The notes under the pieces were generated by a model. That model saw nothing but the letters and a program-made list of their open reading frames with translations, was not told where the DNA came from and did not search any database. Positions 14,001-29,500 of a stretch of 64,000 nt of DNA are shown piece by piece. This DNA is from Octopus bimaculoides (taxonomy: Eukaryota): positions 27,329 through 91,328 of the forward strand of contig NC_068994.1 in assembly GCF_001194135.2 (NCBI RefSeq), in the 5' to 3' direction. Position 1 is the first letter of the stretch. The number at the start of each line of letters is the position of its first letter. A program made the position numbers and the translations under genes.

Positions 14001-16906
14001 CCTGTTAGAATGGTTTTGGGTAGTGACTTGTGGCACATTGTCTGTAGACTTAATTCAAGTGTCTATCTTATAGCCACTTGGACATTTGAGGTGAGGATCT
14101 TTTCCATACTTATAACTGCCACTTTGACATTACACACTGTTGCAATCATCTTCAAACAGCTCTTAATTCATTTCCAATTGAAATGGAAACACTAATTGAA
14201 AAAGGCTTTGCAAGGGTGGAAAACAAAAGAACTATTACAGCATTGTACTTAATTTTGTTCCCACGAACACTGCCCCAAACTGATAAAATTATTCTTAAAG
14301 AAATATATTTTTGGTTTATATATGGACACAGCTCAGCCTTTTAAACGAATTGATTCTGACCACAAAGAAAGACAATAGGCATATAGCATTTGCCAAATGG
14401 AAACTTAATTACAAATATAGAACAAGGAAAACATTGAATTATATCTCAAAATGTAAAGGCCTTACCAAGAAGACTTGGAGAAAATAGAGACAGCATCAAA
14501 AAGTGAAGAAAGATTTCAAAAGCTTTTGAGAAAGAGGACTTTCATATGTAGCCCTATGAAAATAGAACTTGGAACAAGTTTAATCGGATTAAATTCTGCC
14601 AACATATCTGGAGAGAAACTGGTAGTTGTTATCAAGTAAATGATTTGAAAGTAAGTAGTAAACATTGATAAATTATTTAATAGGGTTGTTGTGAAGAACT
14701 TTTTAGCTTCTGAGGCAGAAGTTTATGCAGCACAAAATTTTAAGTATGAGGAAAAGTGATAAAATTTGTTTTGCTTGTTTCAAAGAAAGACACATATTAG
14801 TAAACAAAAAAGGTTTTGTTCTATAGTAGAATCATTTTCTTTTCTAACATTTGTGCAATAGGTAATGATTTCTGTAATAGATAAAAAGAGGTCATTATTG
14901 GAGAAGTTACTATCAAGGACTTTCTGATTATTAACATCTTAATTGTTCATAAATTTTAGAGAAAATTGAAATTGACAAAGAATTTATTGTAATATTTTGA
15001 GATAGTCATTTTTTTTTTCTTGCACTATTCATTGTTCCCTTCAGATTTATCATTGTTCTTATTTTAGGACATAAAATAAGAACAATAATAAATCTGAAGG
15101 GAAGAACTAATATATAGTGTGTGTTTATTTTGCAAGGCAGAAGAAAAAGTGACTATCCAGAAATATTACAATATCTGTTTCAATACATGATTTCACATCA
15201 GGAATCTTGCAAAGCAAATATACGTGACAATGAATATTTCTTAAGTGAAAAAGTACTGATAATTGAATAGAATATTACTTGACAATAATTTGATTTATTT
15301 TTGAATACTACAATTCTACTTGATAATATTCTACATGCTTGTATTGTCCAATAAACAATAGTTGCTTTGTACATATTTTTCCTTTCTGCCAACTTGGAAG
15401 AGACTGCTTTCATATAAGAAGAAAATATGTAATTATGTTAATATATTGGCAGAGTAACCCAAATCCACTTTAACACCCAACCCACACATTGTGGCTCATT
15501 ACAGCATGCATGATATTTCTATTGGTCACACTTATATACACAAATATAATAGAGATTTGTACTCATCTAAGTACAAATACATAACTACACATCCTGAAAT
15601 GCCTACACACATTTAAAACTTAAACAGACATTCATATAAATAGTTATATCCACACTAGCAGAAATACCCAGGAAGGTGTGCCTATATGGTTGCTCAAACT
15701 ATAAGAAATAGCAACCAAATCTATCATATCACATCCTACTATCTTAACGAAAAAGGATACATGGGCTAAAAGAAATCCTACATATATTAACCTGGAAAAA
15801 ATATGAAATGGTGATTACAGGAGCATCTTTGGTCATGGGTCTAGTGAATCGGTCTGGTGACCTGAGTCGAGATAATGTCAAGTTTAATACTGACTACTAT
15901 ACTATATATATATTATATGAGGTCCTAACTATGCTATAGCGGAATCAAACTGTTCAAACTTAAGTCCCTTTGAACAGAACTAGAATGAATGACCAATCTC
16001 TTACCTCTCCACTTGCATTTTGAAGTAGATTCTGTGACCAGCCAACAATTTTGACTTCCTTTTTCAGTAAGGTATGTTGAATTGGTTTAAAAGATTCTAC
16101 CAAGTACGAACTGTCTAGAAACACCTGTTGTTTGGCTGGCAAGTGTTTCTTCAGAAGAGTGGGGTTAAAAAGGACAAAAGCACAGAGAGCTGTATCTTTG
16201 GAACATATTCTCAAGTGGTGGTCAGTTATTGTTACATATATGTCTGCTGTATGAGCATGACATCCAGGAGATATCTCATACTGTTGGTGAAACTGGGATT
16301 GAACCTGAAATAGCAAAACAAGATCAGCATTTTAGTGGGTTCTGCTATTCTCTGTCAGATCTCAGTCCAAGGTGGAGCATTGTTGTTTTGAAGAGTTTAA
16401 CTAAATATATCGATTCCAGTACTTTTTCTGGTACATTTTAAAATTTACATAAAGGAAATGTAATTATAAAGCAAGGGAACTTAACAATACAAAGATATGT
16501 TCAAAGCACTACCCTGTCACAGTCTGTTAAAGTCTGTCATACCGGCCATGATAAAATATCACAAGGTATAGAAAATACGTATTCGCCTTTATATATTTAA
16601 TCCTTTATATTGAACACTCAATATTTCATCTATTCAATAAGACATTCAATACTTTATTTCATTGTACCATCCATTTTTATATTATATATTGTATATTCCA
16701 TATTCTATATCCCACATTAATTTTACAAGAATATAAATAAAACATAAAAAACAGACAGAGTTGGAACTCTTTTAAACAAAATAATATATTCCTCTATACA
16801 CAATCATACAAAACCCNNNNNNNNNNNNNNNNNNNNNNNNNNNNNNNNNNNNNNNNNNNNNNNNNNNNNNNNNNNNNNNNNNNNNNNNNNNNNNNNNNNN
16901 NNNNNN

Positions 16907-16941
<35 letters not shown>

Positions 16942-19900
16942 GTATATATTAATAATTATCGCCAAGCCAACATGGCAGTCCCAAATATAGGACGAATGCT
17001 GCCGTGGATTAGCTCCAAGAGGTCATCGCCTCTAGCTAGCTATGTGACACACGAATTTGTGCCCTTTATAACCTTCGAACAGGGGAGGTCAGCAGCTGAG
17101 TTAGCATCCACCTCATCTATGGCTAGTTGTACATCTTCTTCACTTATGTCAATGTATTCCATCGTAATTGCCTCACTGGTTATAGGTGAGGCAGCAAAGA
17201 AGTCCACTGGTTCGCTCACTTGTCTGTGTTCCAACAGGATGGTAAAGACACTTTTGAACTGGTCATTCAGTACCTCATTGGAAGAGGGGTCTATCTTGCA
17301 GTGAACTGAGGCTGTTTCTTTCACGTAATGAAAGAAGGCCTTTGGGTTTGACTTAATGTTTTTTATAACCCAGGCTTCTTTGTCTGCTCTCTCCCTCACA
17401 TAGGATTGTTGCAGCCTTTTTTCAGTCTCCATCAGTGTTGTTTTTAGGCGGTACCTTTCACTACTTTTGGGATGTTGGTTGAGTCAATTTGCAACCTTCA
17501 TTTGTCGTCTCATGAGGATCTTCCTCTCCCTTAGAATCTTGTTCATATTTGTTTTAGCCTTGTGCTCTGGGACATATTTCTGGCATATGGCTTGCATAAC
17601 AGACATGAAACATTCTAGTTTCATGCCAATGTCTGGTGTGGAGAAACACCCTAACCCTAACTCTTCTCACAAAACCCACATAACCCAAGAATGGATGTCA
17701 GGCTGTCTTTAAAGTCATGTAACACCAAACTTGCAGCCTCCAAACTCACCAGATTTAAATTCCATAGACTACTATATTTGGATAATTGTTGGAATGCAGA
17801 GTAATCAAGATCCTCTCAATACTATAGCTTCACTGAAAGCCACCATTGTCCAGGTGATGTCTGAAATGATTAAGGACATTTTTTATGACCCCCTTACACT
17901 CTGAGTTCAATTCCTGCCAAAGTCAACTTTGTCTTACATTCTTTCAGGGTTGATGAAATAAAACAGCAGTCAACAACAAGGGGTTGATGATGTAAACAGC
18001 TGTCCCCAGCTGCTAAATTCCAGACCTTGTGAATATTTTTGATGATCTAAGAAATTAGGGAAACTAGCTTTTAGCTCATGAAGCATCTAGTGTTCTTAAT
18101 AAATATATCATCCACATTTCAAAGATATTGTGGGTTTTCTAATCATTTGTTAAAGTACATCATATGTTTCCATACATACACTAAATACCTTTAGTAGAGT
18201 AACAATTCTACTACCATCTATCTTGCAGAAATTGACCAATAGAATGTTTTAAGCTAAGTATTGGCTGCATTCAGTCTCAGCAGTGTGGGAGATCTTGCAA
18301 GATTTAAAGGTATACTCTCTCTGACTATTTTATACTGAAAGAACATGACATGTGTAGGTAAACTGTGATGGTGATCATGAGATGAAGTTTATAAACATGA
18401 TAGAAGGAGCATGACACTCATGACCTTGCATCTTAAGTGGAAAGCAAATGACATTCATGATGTTGATGAGAAAAAGGCGGGTCACGATATCAGGGGTGAT
18501 AATAATAATAATAATATTATAGCTGTTTCTTACCTTCTGTGAAATATTTTCTCCATTGACAGTTATCCGGCCACAATTGACTACTAGGCAGTGCAACCGA
18601 AGAATAAAGTTGCCATTAGAAACATCATCAAACTGAAGAAGATGAAGGCCACAACATCAACGTTAATAATACTTGAGTGTCAAAATATAAGAGACTAGTT
18701 CACATCACACTTTGTTTTTTATTTAAAATACAATCATAATCATCATGTATGTCATATATGCATGTATTTGTATACTAAGAGAGTAAGACACAAAAGAAGA
18801 TTATAAGAAAGAGAAAATGTACAATTCCTTTTGTATTTGTAATCAATCAAATTATTACATATTCATTTCTAAAAAAAAGGATAAGCATCTTACTGTGCAT
18901 ATGTAATGACTGACTGCTAGCCTTCTATTAAAGTGTACCACATGTTCATTACAATGATTATCATATTTTAGAAGTGAATGTAGTAAAATCTGACTTCAAA
19001 ACTCTGAACCTGATGGCAAAGAGGACAAAGGACTGTGATCTCTGGTGATATCAGATTCTCTAAAAGAGCTGCCTTCACCAGTGAAGCTGAGTTCTGGAAC
19101 TATTACTTATTACATTTTTTGACCTGTATTACTGTGACCCTCCCACTGGCTCTTGCAGACTACTAACCCTACTCTCTTGTCCTCCTGCAGACAACTGTAT
19201 CATCTTTACTACTCCTGTTGCTCATCCTTCTCTCTCTCTCTCTCTCCTGACTCATGGATCTTTGCTCATCGACCCTTCAACCCTATCTCTGTTCTGGCAG
19301 TCTGCTTCCCCATCCCCTCATTCTCCTTCCTGTGCAATCGTACAAACAGATTTTTCAACTCACCTCATGCCTTGTGGAACAGTCTAGAAATTTCATCGTC
19401 ATTATCTATTTCTTGCAGCTTATACTGTTCATTTTCTCTTTCTCTCTCTCCTTCCCTTAATACATATGAATAACAATGCAGATCCTTTACAAAAACTTGC
19501 ACTGCTTCCCACTTTTCATAGTTCAATTTCCTTGTCTGTTATCATGAAACTGACTCGACCCCCCTCCAGGCTTTGTAGTCCTGTTAAACTGCATGGCAAC
19601 CTCAAAATAGTACAGGTGGCACATAAAAGGCACCCAATCTATGTTGTAAAGTGGTTGGCATTAGTAAGGGCATTCAGCCATAGAAACCATGCCCAAACAA
19701 AAAACACTGGTACATAATGCAGTCCTTGGACACATTAGATCCTATCAAATTGTCCAACTTGTGCCAACATGGACATTAATTTATGATATCCAAAGGAATT
19801 ATGCAGTTACTTTTCCTGTATCTAAAAAGTGATATGGAATATTTTTAACTGCTTGTTATAGAGTTTGGCATCTAAATAACAATTATTTTCAAGATAAAAA

Positions 19901-20530
19901 AAACCTTTTATACTCAACATTATACACATATGTGCATGTGTGTATTTAATTAAGGTTATTTTAAAGCATGTTAAAGAATAACAACAGGACATTTATTGAC
20001 AGTGTATTCAATACTGAGAGTAAAGCCAAATTTACATCAAAATTTGTGTATTTGGGATTAAAAATGATGCCAGAAATTCAACATTCTGGTGAAACTTTAA
20101 GGCCCCCCACACTTTGTACAATACTTTGTTCTAACCTGCCATCTTAATTGCAGTTATTTGAGAGATGTATCCCTGACTTTCTGTCCAACTTTTAAGGCCT
20201 TCTTTTTTGTTTGGCCTATCTCCTTGAATTCCCTTAATAATTGACAGCCCTCTCCTCATAAAATCAATCACTCAATAACATTTCCTTAATTTCAGACACA
20301 GGATAGGAACAATGAATGAGATCAATGAACTGATTGCTTAAATTTTGGCTATATGTATCTTACATGTATGTTAATGTCACAAGAAAAAGCACCATTTACA
20401 CTTGTGAAGCAGTTGGCAGAAGGAAGGACAGCCTGCTGTGGGTTGCATGGCTAAGAAGACACCACTGCAGCAGTTCTGCATTGCTCTGTATGAAAAGTAT
20501 CAAGTAATCCTTCAGTTTACTGTCAAATCG

Positions 20531-20585
<55 letters not shown>

Positions 20586-23500
20586 GGTGGGCCAAAAGTA
20601 ATGAAAAGTTATGAAATTTTGATTATTTTTCTTGTGATTTAGATGTGAAAAATCACAGATAAATTAAATATATTGTAAATGATGCTAGGCTATTGGAAAT
20701 TTAAAACAAAAAATTAGGAACTTATTAAATATTGAAACATCTTTGTGACTTTTAGCCCATACTGTATAAACTGATATATATATATATCAAACTTAGAGAC
20801 TATATATATATGTGGATATGCATTGGGTCCAAGAGGCATCCCAAATAAGAGAGATGTTTGCGCTGGTATGGTAATGTGATGCATATGGATGAGGACAAGC
20901 TACATAAAGAAGGGCTGATTTCTAACTGTGGAGGGAACTTGTGGAAGAGGTAGGCCCAGGAAGACATGGAACGAGGTGGTGAAGCATGAATTTTGAATAT
21001 GGGGTCTCACAGAAGTGATGAGAAGTGATCATGACCTTTGGCAATTTGCTTGAGAAGACTTGTCAAGCCAAATGAAATTGTAGTTGTGGTCAGAGCCAGT
21101 GACATATAACTGTATCCATGCTGGTGACACATAAAAGCACCCGGTAACACAGAGACACCCACTACACTCTCAGACTGATTGATATTAGGAAAAGCATCCA
21201 ACCATAGAAACCAAGCCAAAATAAGACTGGAACCTGGTGCAGCTCTCTGGCTTACCAGTTCAGCCAAACAGTCTAACCCATGCTAGCATGGAAAGCAGAC
21301 ATTAAATTATGATTATGATTATGATGATGATGATATATATATGTATATACACACACATACTGTATATATGACATCTTGTTCCTCAGCAGCCTCAACATCA
21401 GGGCTTCGAGATGTAAGATACAGAAAGTTATCTTCAGTTCCAGTGATTTGTTGTGTGACTGAAACATTTGCTTTGATACCTCCAAGACATTTCCATCGGC
21501 TTCCTGAAAATATCAAAGACATGAAAACATTTTTATGGATGATATTGAGCATTATTTGATAAGAATAAGAACAACAAAGTAGAAGAAAGGAACTGAGTAC
21601 CATTGGAATGTTCTAATAAATAAGTAATTCTGTATGCACCAAGTTATTCTTTGCCTCCCTTGTATACACTCTCACAAGCAGACATAGATTTTAGGCAAAA
21701 AAAAAAGAAAAAAAAAAAGAAACATTATACAGCTTGCAAGTAATATACATATTATAAATGATTTAGACACTGCAATAGAAGATACCTTATGTAATCTCCT
21801 GAAAGCAACAGAAGCTCAACAGTATAATTGGTAACATTTAAATGTCTTAACAGCTAATTCACTTTTCAACGCAATAAACACTCAACTGTTATTAACTACC
21901 ATACGTATATATTTCATTATCATCATTTAATCTGTGTTTTCCATGATGCATGAGCTGGAGAGTTTGACAGGATCTGATGAGCCACAAGACAGTGTTGCAT
22001 GCCAATGTCAGCTTTGGCATGATTTTTATGGCTAGATGCCTTTCCTAATGCCAGTCACTTGTATACTGGCTGCTTTTTTTGTCACACCAGCATTAGTGAG
22101 GTCACCAAGTAACTTACAAGATGAGTAGAAGGAAAAAAAATCCACTTGACTGAATGGAGGATGTATTTGAGAGAGGGGGAAGTAGCTTTATGCTAAATAT
22201 GATAGAAAGACAAGCACTGGTGTCTTGATACAAAAGCGATACATGTCTACCCTATATCATATAAGAGTAAATAGCAACATCTGGAAAGGAGATAGAAATG
22301 GTGGTGATGAGTTGGTAGAGCATCTCACGATGCAAGAAGGTGAGGATATGAGAGAATACAATAGATCAGCAGCTGGGGATCAGTGGGTAATTTCATAAGA
22401 ACATCAGAGGAGGATAACATACTTAGAAGTGAATGTATTGAGTGATTAACAAAGATGGAAATATGATTGATAAGAAATATCAGTATGGAGGGGGTAAGGT
22501 GGGGGTGAGAGAGATAGAAGTGGTTCAGGAAGTAAGATAGATGAGAAAGTTGGGGAATGATGGGCAAGGTGATGTATAGTGACAGAGATGTACAGGTCAG
22601 AGGTACATAAGGATGGCAATGGGGATGGGGGTGGGGCATTGCTGGCAGACAGGAATGGTGATAAAGACAAGGTATGTTAGGTGTTAGATGTTGCTCAGAG
22701 AATAGGGAGAGATAACTAAAGGCATGAAAAGTGGGTTTCTGGTGAAAAACCATGTGAAAAGGGATAAGAATGAGACAGAGTTGTTAATAGGTAGTAATTT
22801 CAGGTGTGGAGGGAGACAATTGGTTGCTCAAAAATGTGGGGGTGATGTACCAATTCTGCTCTCAAGTGATTACAGCTGCTAAGCAATGCTATACTTACAA
22901 GAGTGATGCAGACAATGTCAAGTGGACAATGCATGATAGAGCAGATAGAGTACAGTCCAGCATGTATAGATATTTTCTCTGTGATAGATGGGTCTTCTTC
23001 AGTACATGAAATCACCAAGCATCTTGGTTCTTTTTCACCTCCTCCTTGAAACTCAGCATCTTGAAATCAGTCTTGACTACTTTGTCCTGTGTCTTCTTGA
23101 GTCTATCTTTTGCACAAGTTCCATCTGCTTTCACCAATCAGCACTTTCTAATCCTTACACATCTCATCGTCAAACCACTGCTTCATTCTTGTATGCTACA
23201 TCTGATTCCACCTAAATTTTTTCTCAGCACATTTACTCTTTGTCATAAATACGCATAACATTACACATCTAACAGAGCATACTAGCTTCATTTCACTCTA
23301 ATCAAGGCAAGTCTTGCCGCATCTCACTCCCATTTGGCATTTATGTTTGTACACAAGCATCATACAATCAGCCATTTCTTCTCTGGCAGAGATTTTTTTT
23401 GTTGTCAACAGAGGTGATAGCTCTCCCAATTTACTCCATCCTATTGTTAACCTTGCAACTCTACTTTCAGAACATCTTCATCCACTGCTAAATAAGTCAA

Positions 23501-26500
23501 CCATCTACTACCATTGGAGAGCCTCCAGGACATTCAAGAAAATCTATTTCTCTGTTAACTTCCCTTTTATTCCACCACACCTATTGTTTGTCCATCACTT
23601 GCACTGGATATACTGTCTGGAGTTCCTGCCTACATATCTAGCATTTACCTGTTTGGAATAGTGTACTTTTTGTTTTGCTCTTTATTAGAACTTTAATCTT
23701 TGTAAGGTAATTTCAAGACTCTTTGATTCTAGGTTTCGCTTCCATGTCTGGAATTCCTTTTCTACAGATGCTATTATGTGTATGAGGTCATCAACATATA
23801 GTAGTTCGCAAAAGCATCTGACTTTGAATTCGTCTTCTATGACCTAGAGGGCTCTGATGAATAGGAAGGGACTAAGAACCAAGCTCTGATGGACTGCTTG
23901 TACTCTAAATTTGTCACTATTTATTACTAATTCTTACTACAGTAAATAGCTCTCGCAAGCTATTCACCTACCCAGGATTCCTCAGAGACCACAAATCACA
24001 GAGTGGTGGACTCTGTCTAAAACTTTCTCCAGATCACCAATAACCAAGTACAGTGGTTTACATTTAGCTAAGTACTTTTGCTTGCATTTCTCTGACTACA
24101 AAAATGATATCAGTAGTGCTTCTCTTTAGCACGAAACCATGCTATATCTCATCTAGTTTAATTTTGTTCCTAATTTTTTGAGCTATAACTAATTCAGTAT
24201 CTTCTATGTCCTTGTCCCATAATTTGATACTTTTGTAATTACTTTTATCTAATGCATCTCCTTTAATCTTGTAACAGCTAACTGTACCAGTCATCGGGTG
24301 TAGTACCTTCCTGTACAACTTGATAAACTATTCAAGTGACTAGGCTATATTCTACTTCACCAGATACTTTAAGCATCTCAGCAGTGATTCTTGATTGACC
24401 ACAGGTTTCCCTGCCCTCATAGGATAGCTGGTCCCATGTTGGGAAATTCTTTTTTTCTCTTATGCTTTTTTTCTGATGAATAGCTTTCCACACTTGCACT
24501 TCCATGCTTCTTTCTTATCAGCATTGCTAAATACAAGTACACCATTAACCACCTATACACACCTCTTTTCCACAAAATCTTTATTTTCTCTGATCAACTG
24601 TCTTGTCATCCAGAACATTTCATGTTGTAGAATAGTTTTTTGCTTCACCATTGCTATGTAAACGTTTTGCCTAGCTTCTCTTCTGACTACCTGATATAAT
24701 TTTCAGTCTTTCCAAGACAATCTCTTTGCTTTTATATCTCCGTCTACCTCACTGATGACCCTTTGTTCTGGCCACATGACTCCTCTTTTGGCCAGGACTT
24801 TGCACCAGCCACAGATTTAGTCTGTAGTTTGTCCTGTAGGAACTCCCAGTTGTCCTCTATGCTATATACCCCTAACACCACCTTAAATTGCTTAAACAAC
24901 AGTTAGAAATAATAGTTCACTGTCCTTCAGACTATATTATACTGCTCAAATAAAGAAAGTATACTTTAGATAATGTGGCCCAAGATATATCTGAATATAA
25001 GTGAGAATGGTCATAGATCTTAGTTTTGTTGGAGGAGAGCTAATTTGAGACTAAACAACATTGACTTACCGAATACATAGGAATAAGAGTAGTTGGCAAA
25101 CTGAGAGTGTTCGCTTACATAAACAACATTGTCAACCAGTGATTGGTAAGAAGGTCCTCCACAGTTAATGGCAACAACCACTCCAATTGGTTGTTTGATC
25201 AACTGACATGGTGAGCCCTGAAGTTCAATTTCTACAGAGAAAAGAAATAAATAAATTTTCCAGTAAACGTTCCTCAATATAATTTCAATAATGTCATTCT
25301 GTGTGTATTTTTAATAATGTCTACCTTGCTAAAAATTTCTACGTCCCTTCCAGTAAATATCCAATAATGTTGCATCATATGCCAAGGGAATTCATTAATT
25401 ATCCACTCTAAACTTTTATAAATCAAAACCAGAATGTGTCACCTTTGTAACCGAAGTGATTTAAATGTTGCCAACATTTCAAGACAACTTTATTTGTACA
25501 AATCTGTGATTTAATTTGGGACCCATTTTTTCCAACCTTAACTAAAGATAAATCCATTTTGGATAACTTCATTGGCTGAACAGCAACTAAATTGAAGTTC
25601 AAACTTACACCATAGTGAATAGAAGTGGCTGATGATCCAACGGAACCTCACCTGACTATAAATGACTCATGGTGATCAACAAAGATTGATCCAACAAGAC
25701 TTGAGCTCAGGCTGTAAAAATGGGATCAATGTATCAAAATTGACATCTTCCAAAATAACTGTTTATAGCATAGGCACAAAGCTTACAGGTTAGAAGCAGT
25801 CAGTTACTTCAATCTCATACTTGACTAGTATTTTGTTCTTGTTGACCCATTTCTAAGTCAATGAAAATAAAAGGATGAAATAGAGAAGGCAAAGGTGATA
25901 ATGTGGTTTAAATTCAGAATGCAAAGAGCTGGAAGAAACAATGTAACATATTTTGTTCAATGCTCAAATGATTCTGCCAATCCAACATTCTTAGCGAGAT
26001 TTGAATAATGGTAATCTCTAGTACAAGAAGTAAGAATATTTATCAAGAATGTTTGCATACAGTTTGGAATGAATGAGTTGCTCAGTGAAAAGGATATAAG
26101 GTTATAGAAAGAGAAATTGTACAAGTGTAAGGTAAGGAAGATGCTTGAAACAAAGTTAAATGGAGGGAATGCTTCTTGCTAATTAACAAGCAATAACTTT
26201 TGAATAATAATAATAATAATAATAGTAATGATAATGATAATAATAATAATACTTGAAGGAAGCGGCCTTTAAACAAAAATAATCCTAAAAACGAACTTTT
26301 ACTGCCATACAAAGCATAGTTTATTCTATGCATGATGTCTCAGTGAAACGTGTGAAAGACAACATCAGAAAGTTTACAAATTCTAAAAAATAAGTGGAAC
26401 AAAACGGTAAGTGTATAAATTGACTAATTACACATACACTCAAATGTCTACACAATCATATATACATTTTAATACCCATTGGACTACACATACATCCCAA

Positions 26501-29500
26501 TGTTTATACAACTATGTGAAATTTACAGGACACATACTCGATATGAAAACACGTCACAAATGGAAGCAAAAAAAAAAACAAAGCAATTAAAAAAATTTTG
26601 AACTAACACAGACAGAGTGAACAATTCATGAGTCTACAAATACCATGCCTGGAGAGTCTACAAATACCATGCCTGGAGATAAATCTATCAACAAAAAAAT
26701 TACAGATTTGTTAGTCTTAAGTAGCTATGCTACAAGCAATGCTTTCATTCAGAGAACTTGGAGGCTGTATTGTCTCAAAAAATTAACCCTAAACAGACAG
26801 ATCTATACTCTAATGTCAACATCCAAGCTCGTTATGCTTCAATGATGAAGCAAAATACAAACCAGATCAATGTCACCCAGATCACCAAGGGCTGCGTCTC
26901 TGAGTGAGGAACCAGATTAGGTACGAAAACTCAGCTACTGGTTCAAATCTTCCTGAAACACAGGAGCTGGAAGTACCTCACAACCAGAATATTCCAACAG
27001 ATGGCCATCTATGCTCGTCATCAAATAACCAAAAGAAAAAGATTGAAAATGGTCTAAGGGAGATAATAAAGAAGTTCTTAAGGTCTTTTATCATGCCATG
27101 TATTTCCCCACAAATAAATCTAATACTGTACAAACCTACTTAAACCGGAGATAGAAACACTCCACATAGTAACAAACTTGCCAACGTCAGAAGAAACATT
27201 ATGAAAAAGAAATTACTGACTGAATTAGAGATTGACCAAATTAAACAATCAGTAAGGGATAAAAGGAATTCAGTTGCAGCTTAAGAAGATATGACTGAGG
27301 AAATAATCATAGACCAGCCAATTGACCCAACTGAACTACATAATCTAAAAAAATTAAATCATGATTGAATGGCTGAAAATTAAAGAAATCAGTATGAATG
27401 AACGTAACACTCTCCTAAAAATGTGCAATTCTAACCAAAACCTGAAAGTAATTGGTAAAATCCACCTTGCACTTAAGGATATAATTTCAGCTAATGATGT
27501 TGATATTACAGATCTCAACCACCTGTATTATGCATCTGCGAAAATCTCAATGATTCTATGTGGTGAGAAGATTAGAAAATGACAACATTCCCCCAAAAAA
27601 GCCTACTTGGCAAGAGCGTATTCAGCACCAAATTCAGCCACTTAGGTCTGACATAGAATGTTTAAGAAACCTTAAGTTTGACAAGACTATCAAACCAACA
27701 AAAGTCCGAAAATTTGATACCATCATAGAAACTATCAAGCAAAAAGTTATGTGCTAAAGCTGGCTGCATAGCAAGGTATGAAAAGTGCGTTAGATTCTTC
27801 AAGGACAACAACATGTTCAAAAGTAGCTCAAAAACTTTTTACAGGAAGATAAGGAAAATACGAGTTACAGTAAAGTCTGTCCCATCAAAAGAAGAAGTGC
27901 AGGAATTTTGGAATAAAATTTGGGCAGAAGAAAAAAAGGCACAACGAAAAGGCCCCTTGGATTGATGGAATATCTACACACTTAGACTCCTTTGAAGAGC
28001 AAAAGTGGGAGGGTATCAAGGCAGAGTATGTAAGATCTGCTCTCAGGAAGTCAAGCAAATGGAAGTCTCCAGGCAAGGATAAAATTCCTAACTTCTGGTT
28101 GAATGCCTTCCCAGAGAGCCATGAACTGATAACAAAAATTTACAACAATGTTTTTGCAACAACTTAGTATGCTTCTCTCTTGGCTACTTAATAGTGTTAC
28201 ATTCCTACTTCCAAAAAATGAAGAAACAAATGAACCCAAAAATTATAGACCCATAACCTGCTTAACAACAATGTATAAAATACTAACATCTGTCTTGACT
28301 GAATATATCTATAGTTTTTTAATAGAAAGTGGCATATTCCCTAATGAGCAAAGAGGATGTAAATGTGGGTCCTATAGTTGTAAAGATCAGCTACCCATCA
28401 ATAAGATAATCTTGGAAGATTGTCACAAAATCTTGTCGATAGCCTGGATAGACTATAAAAAAGCTTTTGATAGTATACCACATAGCTGGATTAAGAAATG
28501 TCTGGAAATGTATAAAATAGCACCTACTCTGCGAAACTCCCTGTCTGTAAGTATGTGATCATAGAGAACCACAATGATTTTGAACAGTGACAATGGCTCT
28601 CTCAATGCTGGAGATGTAAGAATTTCCTGTGGCATTTTCCAGGGTGACTCTCTATTACCACTCCTCTTTTGTCTAGCCTTAATACCTCTCTCAAAATTGC
28701 TCAATGATGTACAATATGGCTATAAAATGTTCAATAAAAATATAAATTATCTCATTTACACAGATGAATTAAGGCTCTTTGCAAAAATGACCAACAACTA
28801 CAGGGCTAGCTAGTGATTGCTAAACAATTCAGTGATGACATCAGGATGCAATTTGGCCTCGATAAATGTGCAAAAGCTACCTTTATCGAAGTAAAAATGA
28901 CAGAAACATCCAACGTTAATCTTGACCAGCAGAATGTCATAAAGGAGTTTGAACCAGTGGAGAGCTACAAATACCTAGGGGTATTTGAAGGTGATGGAAT
29001 CAAACATTTAATGTTGAGGGAAAGGATCAGAAGAGAATGATATAGCAGGGTAAGGGCAATACTCAAGACAGAACTGAATGCAAGAAACAGGATTGAAGTG
29101 ATCAATACTTTAGCCAGACCAGTCGTGACTTACAGTTTCAATATCGTTAACTGGTCAATTACTGAAATATGTAATCTTGACAGAAAAATTATGAAAATTG
29201 TTGACAATGCATAGAATTCACCACCCTAAGGCAGATATAGAATGACTTTACCTGCCAAGAAAAGAGGGTGGTTGTGGACTTTTACAACTGGCATTAACAA
29301 CGAAGATTGCCACAATTGGCTTAGACACCTACCTGAAGAACTCTGAGGATTGGATGTTAAAACCTGTCTCAAAGCATGAAAACAAGAAAGCATCTTACTC
29401 AGTAACAAAACAGGAAAAGAAATATCTGAGTGAATTCCAAATACAACAAATCCCAGAATTGGATGTACTGGAAACAAGCACAGTAGGAGCTAAGTGTATG

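Noticed and set aside
15198-15413. 71-aa minus-strand ORF between exons 8 and 9
   Set aside because: No FBA similarity; exons 8 and 9 join directly with a continuous FBA motif.
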